Shown here: positions 9,238-18,005 of the stretch, in pieces
How positions within the stretch are numbered: position 1 is the first letter of the stretch
Layout of the letters: every line of letters starts with the position of its first letter
Assembly (NCBI GenBank): GCA_002728255.1
Contig: PBWV01000042.1
Location: 4,602 to 68,601 of the forward strand
Length of the DNA: 64,000 bases
Direction of reading: 5' to 3'
From: Rhodospirillaceae bacterium
GTDB taxonomy: Bacteria > Pseudomonadota > Alphaproteobacteria > UBA7887
Translations under genes and position numbers: made by a program
Notes under the pieces: generated by a model
Seen by the model: the letters and a program-made list of their open reading frames with translations, nothing else
What the model was told of the DNA's origin: nothing
The model's database searches: none

Positions 9238-10338
9238 ATGCCACAAATAAAAACAATATCGTCAGATCACTTTCAAATACCCCTTCCAGTAACGCTGACT
9301 GATGCCACTCATGGAGAAATGAGCGAATTTGACATTGTGACCGCACGCATACGAGACCAAGAAGGCCATGAAGGGCTAGGTTACACCTATTGCGGGGATC
9401 GAGGCGCCGCCTCGGCCATCAGAACACTTATTGCCGATGGGATTACTCCCCTGCTTATCGACCAGGATGCCAATAGAATAGAAAGCCTCTGGCAAAAGAT
9501 GTGGTGGGGCCTCCATTATACTGGACGAGGTGGCTCCCTCAGCTTTGCCATGTCTGCTATAGACATCGCACTATGGGATTTAAAAGCAAAAAAGCTAGGC
9601 TCTCCGCTATGGCAATTACTGGGTGGCCACAATGATAAAGTGCAGGCTTATGCCGGGGGTATTGATTTATTTTTTCCACTTGAACAACTACTGGAGCAAA
9701 CCCGCCGAAATCTGGACAATGGTTTCCGTGCCATCAAAATGAAAGTAGGTCGACCAAAACTTAGTGATGATGTATCCCGCATCGCTGCAATGCGAAAAGA
9801 ACTTGGCGATGACTTCCCGCTGATGGTAGATGCTAACATGGGGTGGCGCCCCGATCAGGCTATAACCGCTGCCAAAGCACTTTCTCCATTTAATCTGACT
9901 TGGTTAGAAGAGCCTACTATTCCAGATGATTTTCAGGGTTATGCAAAAATTCAAAAAGAAGGAGGCATACCCATAGCTGCTGGTGAAAATTTTCATACGC
10001 TCTACGAATTTCAACATCTACTAAATACTAACGGAGTTTCTTTTCCAGAGCCGGATGTTGCAAATTGTGGCGGTATATCTATTTGGATGAAAGTAGCTCA
10101 CCTAGCTGAAGCGTATAACCTACCTGTAACCTCTCATGGCGTCCACGACCTGACAGTCCATTTGCTTGCTGCAGTACCCAATAAATCTTTTCTTGAGGTT
10201 CATGGGTTTGGTTTAGACAAATATATCCGCAGGCCATTTAAGGTGACGGAAGGTTTTGCCACCGCGCCCGATCAACCCGGTCATGGGGTCGAATTTGACT
10301 GGGATGCCCTAGAGAGGCATCGATCCCCTTCGTCATAA
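9238..10338 (+). CDS. mandelate racemase / muconate lactonizing enzyme (enolase superfamily) protein
   Basis: 366 aa with the KxK motif (AIKMKVGRP) and the metal-ligand blocks VDANMGW, LEEP and AGENF. Placed divergently to the Rieske oxygenase. Confidence 0.85.
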   Translation: MPQIKTISSDHFQIPLPVTLTDATHGEMSEFDIVTARIRDQEGHEGLGYTYCGDRGAASAIRTLIADGITPLLIDQDANRIESLWQKMWWGLHYTGRGGSLSFAMSAIDIALWDLKAKKLGSPLWQLLGGHNDKVQAYAGGIDLFFPLEQLLEQTRRNLDNGFRAIKMKVGRPKLSDDVSRIAAMRKELGDDFPLMVDANMGWRPDQAITAAKALSPFNLTWLEEPTIPDDFQGYAKIQKEGGIPIAAGENFHTLYEFQHLLNTNGVSFPEPDVANCGGISIWMKVAHLAEAYNLPVTSHGVHDLTVHLLAAVPNKSFLEVHGFGLDKYIRRPFKVTEGFATAPDQPGHGVEFDWDALERHRSPSS

Positions 10339-10577
10339 TTTCTAACCAAGACAAGTTAGCTGTAAATCCCTTGGCGCTCCGGATCAGAAAAGTTGGCTTT
10401 AAGCAGATTTTCCAGAGGCGACAATCGCATACCAATTGGATTCCCATGATGTGTGATTTGAACAACGCCGCTTGCTGTAATATTTCGGTAACTATTTCCC
10501 CGCATAAATCGTCATATTTCATAGGTAATCCAAGCTCTACAAACCATACAAATGGCCCCTCAAAGGTCTATTCCTAA

Positions 10578-12029
10578 ATGCGAGAATTTAAAATGAAAAA
10601 ATTAAGGTTATGTACTTTGGCACTGCTGGCCTCCACGGTAGGTTTAATAACTATCCCCACACCGACAGAGGCACAAGATGTGGAAAGTCGCCTGTTAGAG
10701 CTAGAGCAAGAATTGATGTTAATGAAGACCCAACTAACCTCCCAGGTAAAACAGGCGCAGGAAGCCACTGTAAAAGCCGGCGGGGCTAGCGATAAGTTTC
10801 AGATGAAGGGCCCCACCCCTAAGTGGGAGTCAGCAGATGGTCGTTTTAAAATGGAAATCGATGGCCGTATTCATTACGACTTCGGTTTATTTAGCCAAGA
10901 TGATGACCCTACCGGCAACGTTGAATTCCCTGACCTGAACTCCGGGAGCAACTTCCGCAGAGGAAGAATAGGACTGAAAGGCGTCATAGATAAAGAGTGG
11001 GCTTACAGTATCACTTTTGATCTCGGCGAAAGCTCCGACTCTGGAAATGTGGATACCGACGTGGTTTTTCTGCAATACAAAGGGATGAAACCTCTTACCT
11101 TTACGCTAGGGAAACATAAAGTACCAAACATGATGGACATTCAAACGAGTTCCAATGATATCGCTTTTATAGAACGAAGTCAGGTTGCCAATATCATGAC
11201 TACCTCTATTCTCCGCGGACAGGAAATAGGAGAAAAACGGATTGGTTTTAGTATTGGTGCAGGTGGTTCTAATTACAGCACCAGGTTTGGCCTCTTCTCA
11301 GACAACGAAGACTTCAACGACGGGGACGCAGCTTTAAGTGCGCATGGTCGTATAACCTATGCCCCTGTTGCCACTAAAGACACGGTTATGCATATCGGTA
11401 TATCGGGTTGGCACTTATTTGAACCTCCTCAGGACGAAACCACTTCGGCCACCCAGACCGTCCAGTTGCGCGATCGACCAGAATTTCGGGTAGACGGTGA
11501 TCGTCTGATTGATACAGGGGCTATTGGTGGGAACGTGGATGAAGGCGACATGATCGGTCTAGAACTTGCCGGAAAAGTCGGACCCGCTTGGCTAATGGGG
11601 GAGTATGCCGTTGTTGAATATGACATCAACGGTACAAACGGTGGAACATTCACCGGTAGCCCGCGTTTTCATGGCTACTATATTTCAGGCGGTTACTTCC
11701 TAACCGGAGAAAGCCGAAAATACCAGGCTAAAGGTGGTAAGTGGAAAGGTGTAAAGGTTAAGAATCCATTCACCTCAAAAGGTGGCACCGGAGCATGGGA
11801 AGTTCTTGTCCGGCACTCCACCATGGACTTAAACGCTCCAACCTCCAGTATCGAAGGTGGCGAGGAACAGAACTATACACTCGGTCTACGCTGGTGGGCA
11901 AACGACTGGGTTAATTTTGCCTTCAATTACATCCATGCGGACGTTGACAAACAAACTGCTACCAACAGTGGTGTCGAAGAAGGTCAAGCATTCGATATCT
12001 TTGCCTTCCGTACCGCAGTTAAATGGTAG
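10578..12029 (+). CDS. outer-membrane porin, phosphate-selective porin O/P (OprO/OprP-like) family, with N-terminal coiled coil
   Basis: 483 aa. It has a signal peptide ending TEAQD, a heptad-rich LLELEQELMLMKTQL segment, then alternating amphipathic beta-strands, and ends in the aromatic residue ...AVKW. It shares the YFLTGESR and GAWEV blocks with the downstream paralog. Confidence 0.6.
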   Translation: MREFKMKKLRLCTLALLASTVGLITIPTPTEAQDVESRLLELEQELMLMKTQLTSQVKQAQEATVKAGGASDKFQMKGPTPKWESADGRFKMEIDGRIHYDFGLFSQDDDPTGNVEFPDLNSGSNFRRGRIGLKGVIDKEWAYSITFDLGESSDSGNVDTDVVFLQYKGMKPLTFTLGKHKVPNMMDIQTSSNDIAFIERSQVANIMTTSILRGQEIGEKRIGFSIGAGGSNYSTRFGLFSDNEDFNDGDAALSAHGRITYAPVATKDTVMHIGISGWHLFEPPQDETTSATQTVQLRDRPEFRVDGDRLIDTGAIGGNVDEGDMIGLELAGKVGPAWLMGEYAVVEYDINGTNGGTFTGSPRFHGYYISGGYFLTGESRKYQAKGGKWKGVKVKNPFTSKGGTGAWEVLVRHSTMDLNAPTSSIEGGEEQNYTLGLRWWANDWVNFAFNYIHADVDKQTATNSGVEEGQAFDIFAFRTAVKW

Positions 12030-12245
12030 GTCAACCAGCCTCCTCTTACTAAAAGGCCTACAAATGAGCCTCACGGCACACAGTCTGGCGTGGGGCTTTC
12101 TTACACTACAATGCCAGTCGGGCACCTTGTAGATATGCGGCAATAGCATGGCCCCTATGCCATTTGGTGATTGCATAAAGAGCGCTAATCCCTCTATGTT
12201 GCCGTCTTCCAAACTTTCCGTAATACCTAAAGAAGTAGAACTCCT

Positions 12246-13772
12246 ATGATAAAGTACTTTCTCCGCTATACCGTCGCCGGCCTTATATGTGGTCTGACCC
12301 TGCCCATTATTAATAGTAATGCTCAAGATACTGGAACATTAGAAAAGCTTCAGGAGCAAGACTTACTTATCCAGCGTCAAAACCAACGCATTGAAAGGCT
12401 TGAAGAAGCATTGGATAAATTACTGCAAGATCCTCAAGCGGCGACCCCATACAGTGAAGCAGAGAGCAAGGAGAAGGCAGAATCCATCCCCCCCGCAGAT
12501 AAAGGCGAGGCAAAAGGAGCAGACCCGTTTGCTGGCAAAAGAGCCCCAAAAAAGGGGTACGACCCAGAAAAATCCTTTTTTGGGCCGCTCCCCAGATTCA
12601 CCTCTTCTTCAGGATATTCCTTTGGTTTTAGTGGTTTTTTCCAATACGATGGCGCCCTCTACGGCCAAGACAGTGGTGCCAACGTCCCAGATTATAGAGA
12701 CGGCACCCGACTAAAGAATACTGCTATTTTTCTTACTGGAGTATTTCCCAAAGATTGGATTTGGGGACTTTATTACAATCTAGCAGACTCTGGAGACGCC
12801 CCCATTAACGGCCTTTATGGCACTTTCGCCATTTATCGAGGATTCGCCCCCTGGTGGATTATGCTTGGCAACCAAAGAACCGGCGTGGGGCTTGACCCAT
12901 CTGCCTTTTCCTCCTCAAGGCTTTTCATGGAAGAGGCCATGCCTCTTGGCAGCTTTGCATTTGCTCCCGGAGGAACGGCAATAGGAGTTTCAACCTTATA
13001 TAGGGCGGACGGCAAATATTTGCGCGTAGGTCTACTGACTGATGCAGCAAAGGAAGCGAATTCCACCAACGATGGCGCTACTAGTGATGAGCCGTACGGA
13101 ATTCATGCCCGAGCTGCTTGGTCACCCATAGCGGAGCGAACCAAAGCCCTCCACGTTGGCGCCTCTGGTTACTGGCGTACGGGCGGAAGCACAAAATTTA
13201 ACTCGGACCCTGAAGTTACTGTTGATTCAAATAAGCTCATTGATACAGGAAATATAGAGCGTGTAGCGAGCTACTACTTTACCGGTCTTGAGGCGGCCTG
13301 GGTTGAAGGCCCACTTTCTCTTCAAGGCGAATATGGCCTCGTAAATGTACTACGGAAAAACAATAGATCGGGCCAAACAGCACTCCAAGATCTTAATTTC
13401 GAAGGATATTATGCACAAGCTAGCTATTTCCTTACCGGTGAGTCCCGAAATTACTACCCTCGCTTTGCGGGGTTTTGGAGAGTGAATCCAAAGAACGACT
13501 TTGACCTGTCAGAGGGGAAATGGGGAGCTTGGGAGGTGGCCGCTCGATACAGTTATTTGGATTTGGACGATGGCGCATCAAATATTCCTGGTGGCGGAAT
13601 ACGGGGAGGCGTTGCTAACAACTACACTTTCGCTCTCAATTGGCATCTTAACCCATTTGTTAAAGTACTATTGAACTACGTACAGAGTGACGTGGAGAAA
13701 ATCTCAACAACCGGTGCACCCGCCGGCGACACCCTCCATATTGTGGGCTCTCGACTGCAGCTTGAATGGTAA
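12246..13772 (+). CDS. outer-membrane porin, OprO/OprP-like family (paralog of 10578..12029)
   Basis: 508 aa. It has a signal peptide, a coiled coil (IERLEEALDKLLQ), the shared motifs YFLTGESRNYY, GAWEVAARYSYLDL and NYTFALNW, and ends in LQLEW. Confidence 0.6.
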   Translation: MIKYFLRYTVAGLICGLTLPIINSNAQDTGTLEKLQEQDLLIQRQNQRIERLEEALDKLLQDPQAATPYSEAESKEKAESIPPADKGEAKGADPFAGKRAPKKGYDPEKSFFGPLPRFTSSSGYSFGFSGFFQYDGALYGQDSGANVPDYRDGTRLKNTAIFLTGVFPKDWIWGLYYNLADSGDAPINGLYGTFAIYRGFAPWWIMLGNQRTGVGLDPSAFSSSRLFMEEAMPLGSFAFAPGGTAIGVSTLYRADGKYLRVGLLTDAAKEANSTNDGATSDEPYGIHARAAWSPIAERTKALHVGASGYWRTGGSTKFNSDPEVTVDSNKLIDTGNIERVASYYFTGLEAAWVEGPLSLQGEYGLVNVLRKNNRSGQTALQDLNFEGYYAQASYFLTGESRNYYPRFAGFWRVNPKNDFDLSEGKWGAWEVAARYSYLDLDDGASNIPGGGIRGGVANNYTFALNWHLNPFVKVLLNYVQSDVEKISTTGAPAGDTLHIVGSRLQLEW

Positions 13773-13929
13773 TAGCGCTCAAGGGAAGGTCAGACCTCTC
13801 TAATTCCGAGGCTAATCCGAGTAGGATTTGAGAGTACTCTTACAACCTATTGACCAGGAAAGGAAATAGTTCTATAATTTTTTCCTATTTTGATTATTCA
13901 TTTAAACTATTAACATACGGCAACCAACC

Positions 13930-16488
13930 ATGCAAAAGTCATTCTTCTCGCTGACCCTCCTTTCCTCCCTCCTTTCACTGCTCTTCATGGGCAGTCTGCG
14001 TGCGCAGGACCCCTCTATTCAGCTCCCTGACATAGAGATAATCGGAACCACCCCGCTACCAGGAAGTGGTGTCCCAGTTGAAGATGTGCCGTCTAAAGTT
14101 CAAACCTTTGATAGTGAAGAATTGCAAAATTCCTACTCCCTGGATCTCTCTTCAATGTTGGAGAGCAAAGCTGGAGGAGTTTCAACTGTAGAAGTGCAAA
14201 ATAATCCATTCCAGAAAGGCATAAACTACCGCGGCTATACCTCAGCCCCTTTATTGGGAGAGCCACAAGGTCTAGCAGTCTACCAAAATGGTGTCCGGGT
14301 CAACGAGCCATTTGGGGATGTAATGCAGTGGGACTTATTGCCGGAACCTGCCTTGGCAAGAGCTGATATTCTGTCCAGCAATCCAGTGTTTGGACTTAAT
14401 GCCTTGGGCGGGGCAATTGCCCTTCAACTAAAGAATGGATTCGACTTTCAAGGAATCCGCGTCAACACCCACACAGGCTACTTCGGTCGTCATGGGACTG
14501 ATATGGAGTTTGGTTTTAGTGGCGAAACACTAGCGATATACGCTGCACTGGATATTCAACAGGATGCGGGTTGGAGAAATAGATCCCGGTCAGACATACA
14601 AAAATCATATCTGAATCTCGGCTACCGCGGAGATGACCTCAACCTAACCTGGGATTTCATCCAGGCAAATAATAATCTAAATGGGAATGGTCTTGCTCCA
14701 ACCGAATTGCTCGAATCTAATCGACGGGCAGTATTTACGTGGCCAGATAACACCGCAAACGATTTACTCTCGACAGGTTTAAGCGGGAATTATTTCATAA
14801 ACGACATCATATCGGTCCAAGCCAATGCCTACTACCGCCGAATGTTCCGTAAAACCTTAAATGCTGATGAAGTTGAAGCAGAAGCTTGTAGCTTAGACTC
14901 AAATGAAACAGACATAGATGCCGACACTGATGCCGGTAACCAAGCAATCGCCGCGCTTTCACAGACCTTGGCCCGGAGGATAGATACCAACAATGGTATT
15001 ACCAGTGCCGGTGGTGGGGTAAATTTTCTCTGCGAGGAAGAAGAGGAAGACGAGGAAATCGAACTACTGGTTGATAGTAATGGGCTCCCCATCACTGAAT
15101 TTTCTGGCAAGTATGCAGCCGCTAATACCAGTTCAACAATGACCAAAGGTTGGGGATTCGGCGTTCAAACCGAGATAACTGAATCAATTATGGACTTAGA
15201 TAACAAGTTCATCATAGGAGGTAGCGCTGATTATGGTCTAACAAGATTTCACCAAGAATCTTATCTGACAGGCATGAGTGCAGATAGAACTTTACTAGAC
15301 GTAGAGGGCGATTTCCCTTTTGTGAATTTTGCTACGTTGGAAATAGAATTTGATAGCAATTCCGTTGATGAGGTAGCACTTGAAGTTGGGGAAGCTGCTC
15401 CCACCAAAATGCAGGCTCATAACCGATACTATGGGGTTTATTCCACAGACACTATCTACCTTAATGATGACCTTGCTGTGACATTAGGGGGTAGGTTTAA
15501 TATCGCGCGCATTACATTAGATGACGAATTCCAGACCGATATAACAAATGCTACAATAACTCGTAAAGGCGACCTAAATGGCTCTCATAGATTCGCGAGA
15601 TTCAACCCTAGCGCCGGAGCTACCTATGATTTCAGTGATTGGAATATCACTGGTTATGTTAACTATGCCGAATCCAATCGAGCCCCCTCTCCTGTAGAAT
15701 TATCATGTGCGGACCCCGCTGTACCCTGTAGAGTGCCAAATGCTTTTGCAGCAGACCCCCCTCTGGAACAAGTGGTATCACAAGGATGGGAGTTTGGTCT
15801 CCACGGAAACATAGACCGCGCTGCACTAAAGGGCCTGACTCCACTAGACTGGAGTATCACGGGTTTTGCTTTTAACAATAATGACGATATTTATTTTGTA
15901 AGCTCTGGGGTAGGACTTGGCTCAGGCTATTTCAAAAACGTGGGTGGAACCAGGCGTGTTGGCGGGGATATCACACTCTCCGGAAGACTAGGTCTTGTAG
16001 AGTTCGATACTAACTATAGTTTCATAGAGGCCACTTTTGAAAACGCATTTAGCGTTGCATCGGAAAGCCACCCTAATCGGGTTAACAAACAAGTCGCTGT
16101 TGAAGCTGGCGATGAAATACCGGGGATACCCCAGCATACTCTTAAATTGGGATTGAATTATGAACCCAAGAAGGATTGGCTCCTAGGCTTAGACATGATT
16201 TCCCGTTCAGGAATGTATCTAAGAGGAGACGAGGGAAACTTTCTACCCCGAACCTCTGGCCATACCATATTTAATATGCAGACTAGCTACCAAGTGACAG
16301 AATGGGTACAACTATATGGCCTAATTGATAATATATTTGATACACAATACGAAACATTTGGCCAGCTAGGAGAAACTGGGACTGCCGTCCTAATTAGTGA
16401 GTTACCAGAAGGTGTTAAAGAACCACGATTTTTATCACCTGGCCAGCCATTTGGGGCCTTTGTGGGCTTACGTATCAGTCTTAACTAA
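13930..16488 (+). CDS. TonB-dependent outer-membrane receptor
   Basis: 852 aa with a signal peptide, an N-terminal plug region (VEVQNNPFQKGINYRGY...GLAVYQNGVRVNE...ALGGAI) and a long barrel. Odd features are an acidic run CEEEEEDEEIELL and a non-aromatic C-terminus (...LRISLN). Confidence 0.8.
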   Translation: MQKSFFSLTLLSSLLSLLFMGSLRAQDPSIQLPDIEIIGTTPLPGSGVPVEDVPSKVQTFDSEELQNSYSLDLSSMLESKAGGVSTVEVQNNPFQKGINYRGYTSAPLLGEPQGLAVYQNGVRVNEPFGDVMQWDLLPEPALARADILSSNPVFGLNALGGAIALQLKNGFDFQGIRVNTHTGYFGRHGTDMEFGFSGETLAIYAALDIQQDAGWRNRSRSDIQKSYLNLGYRGDDLNLTWDFIQANNNLNGNGLAPTELLESNRRAVFTWPDNTANDLLSTGLSGNYFINDIISVQANAYYRRMFRKTLNADEVEAEACSLDSNETDIDADTDAGNQAIAALSQTLARRIDTNNGITSAGGGVNFLCEEEEEDEEIELLVDSNGLPITEFSGKYAAANTSSTMTKGWGFGVQTEITESIMDLDNKFIIGGSADYGLTRFHQESYLTGMSADRTLLDVEGDFPFVNFATLEIEFDSNSVDEVALEVGEAAPTKMQAHNRYYGVYSTDTIYLNDDLAVTLGGRFNIARITLDDEFQTDITNATITRKGDLNGSHRFARFNPSAGATYDFSDWNITGYVNYAESNRAPSPVELSCADPAVPCRVPNAFAADPPLEQVVSQGWEFGLHGNIDRAALKGLTPLDWSITGFAFNNNDDIYFVSSGVGLGSGYFKNVGGTRRVGGDITLSGRLGLVEFDTNYSFIEATFENAFSVASESHPNRVNKQVAVEAGDEIPGIPQHTLKLGLNYEPKKDWLLGLDMISRSGMYLRGDEGNFLPRTSGHTIFNMQTSYQVTEWVQLYGLIDNIFDTQYETFGQLGETGTAVLISELPEGVKEPRFLSPGQPFGAFVGLRISLN

Positions 16489-16508
16489 GGTCTTACACAG
16501 GTAACTTT

Positions 16509-17174
16509 ATGAACCAAAATGAGTATCTTTTTTCAACCGGGATCGCTCTGATCGACAAGGGTGGCCCGGTGATGCTCATACTGTTGGGCTTTTCCGTAAT
16601 TTCCCTAACCATAATTTTGGCCAAAATTTACCAATTTTGGGCGATAAAGCTGGGCAAAACTAAATTTATTGATAATGCAATTTTGCAACTCAAAGAAAAT
16701 TCTCCTCCTCTGGCATTGGGGGAATTACAAGGCAACCGCCATCCGGCCGCAACCGTTCTAACATCAGTGATCGAAAGCTCAACTAATTCTGCTATGTCTC
16801 AAAGTGACATCGAGACAGAAGTTGGCCGTGTTGGCACCCGGGAGATTAAAAATCTTGAACGTTATCTTAGAGGCTTGGAAGTCATTGCAAATCTTAGCCC
16901 CTTACTTGGACTTCTTGGGACGGTCCTAGGCATGATTAAAGCATTTGCCCGTTTAGAAACTGCGGGAAGCAATGTTGACCCAGCCATATTAGCTGGAGGT
17001 ATTTGGGAAGCACTCCTAACAACGGCCTTCGGTTTAAGTGTTGCAATCCCTACCCTAGCTGCCTTCTACCTTCTCGAGGGAAAGGTAGAAAATTGCCGCT
17101 CTTTACTGGAAGATTCGGCGACCCGCGCTCTGACTATCTTGAATAGGCAAACCCAAAAAAAAACTACGACTTAA
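16509..17174 (+). CDS. exbB: MotA/TolQ/ExbB proton-channel family protein
   Basis: 221 aa with three TM segments and the LSPLLGLLGTVLGMIKAF signature. Confidence 0.85.
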   Translation: MNQNEYLFSTGIALIDKGGPVMLILLGFSVISLTIILAKIYQFWAIKLGKTKFIDNAILQLKENSPPLALGELQGNRHPAATVLTSVIESSTNSAMSQSDIETEVGRVGTREIKNLERYLRGLEVIANLSPLLGLLGTVLGMIKAFARLETAGSNVDPAILAGGIWEALLTTAFGLSVAIPTLAAFYLLEGKVENCRSLLEDSATRALTILNRQTQKKTTT

Positions 17175-17183
17175 GAGCAGCAA

Positions 17184-17576
17184 ATGGATTTTTCCGGGCG
17201 TAGCAAATCTAAAGTTGAGTTAAACGTCGCACCTCTTATCGATATAGTATTCTTGCTGTTGGTTTTCTTTATGTTAGCGAGCACGTTTATTCGACCTGAA
17301 TCAATAAATTTGGCCATTCAGGCCCCAAGCAGCGTGGGTGGGCAATCTGAACAGCATATCCTCGTTGATATAGGTGCAAATGGCGCAATCCGATTGAACG
17401 GATTAGTCTTAACAATACAAGATTTAAAGCAGGAATTACTGGCTCGCAGTAGCCTACCGCAAAATAATCGAACTATAACACTTCGAACACATGATGATGT
17501 TTCCGTTCAGTTTCTAGTTAAAGTGATGGATGAAATAAACGAGGCAGGTTACAGCGATATTGCAATAAGCAACTGA
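17184..17576 (+). CDS. exbD: biopolymer transporter ExbD/TolR
   Basis: 130 aa with the N-terminal ELNVAPLIDIVFLLLVFFM motif. Confidence 0.85.
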   Translation: MDFSGRSKSKVELNVAPLIDIVFLLLVFFMLASTFIRPESINLAIQAPSSVGGQSEQHILVDIGANGAIRLNGLVLTIQDLKQELLARSSLPQNNRTITLRTHDDVSVQFLVKVMDEINEAGYSDIAISN

Positions 17577-17600
17577 TAACACACAAAAAATTAAAATATT

Positions 17601-18005
17601 ATGAAATTTAGTGCGCCAAGAAGAGTGAGCCATGGAATCAATATGGTTCCATTAATTAATATTGTTTTTCTTTTACTAATATTTTTCATGCTTAGCACAA
17701 CCTTGGTTGCTCCTGAAAAAATTCCTATCGAGGCCCCTCAATCAAAAAACAGCCAAGAACAACAAAAACAACAATTTGCCCTAACGATACTTGAAACTGG
17801 AGATATTTTTTACAAAGGAAGTAAAACCTCACTTATTGAAATTTTTGAGATCCTTCAAACAGGTAGCCAACAAACCGGTGAGATTGAACTCCTTATCAAA
17901 GCTGACTCCAACGCGCTCACGAAAGTGGTGCTTTCGGTGCTTGAGGCAGCACGTGCTGCTGGCGTTGGAAAAGTCTCATTAGCAACACAGCGTCCTTCAC
18001 CCTAA
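17601..18005 (+). CDS. exbD: biopolymer transporter ExbD/TolR (second copy)
   Basis: 134 aa with INMVPLINIVFLLLIFFM. Tandem to the first ExbD. Confidence 0.8.
   Translation: MKFSAPRRVSHGINMVPLINIVFLLLIFFMLSTTLVAPEKIPIEAPQSKNSQEQQKQQFALTILETGDIFYKGSKTSLIEIFEILQTGSQQTGEIELLIKADSNALTKVVLSVLEAARAAGVGKVSLATQRPSP

Noticed and set aside
10339-10577. Possible Pho box upstream of the first porin (CTGTAAT-attt-CGGTAAC)
   Set aside because: Only a loose resemblance to the CTGTCAT-N4-CTGTCAT direct repeat (about 9 of 14 positions). It was not found as a clean 11-bp periodic array, so it is too weak to call without a genome-wide matrix.
12391-12714. 107-aa plus-strand ORF inside the second porin gene (alternative frame)
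   Set aside because: It overlaps the start region of a porin with a clear signal peptide. The product is Arg/Lys/Gln-rich and repetitive with no family resemblance, which is typical of an off-frame read of a coding region.
13870-13925. Fur-box-like sequence (ATTTTGATTATTCATTTAAA) upstream of the TonB-dependent receptor
   Set aside because: Best alignment to the 19-bp GATAATGATAATCATTATC consensus gives about 10 of 19 matches in an AT-rich context. Alphaproteobacteria often use Irr/RirA/Mur instead, so it is not supportable.
14832-15146. Antisense small ORFs inside long genes (this one within the TonB-dependent receptor; others lie inside mfd, recG, the YdiJ-like gene, cysNC and cysI)
   Set aside because: All lie fully within, and antisense or out of frame to, strongly supported genes. 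They have low-complexity translations and there is no independent evidence for them.
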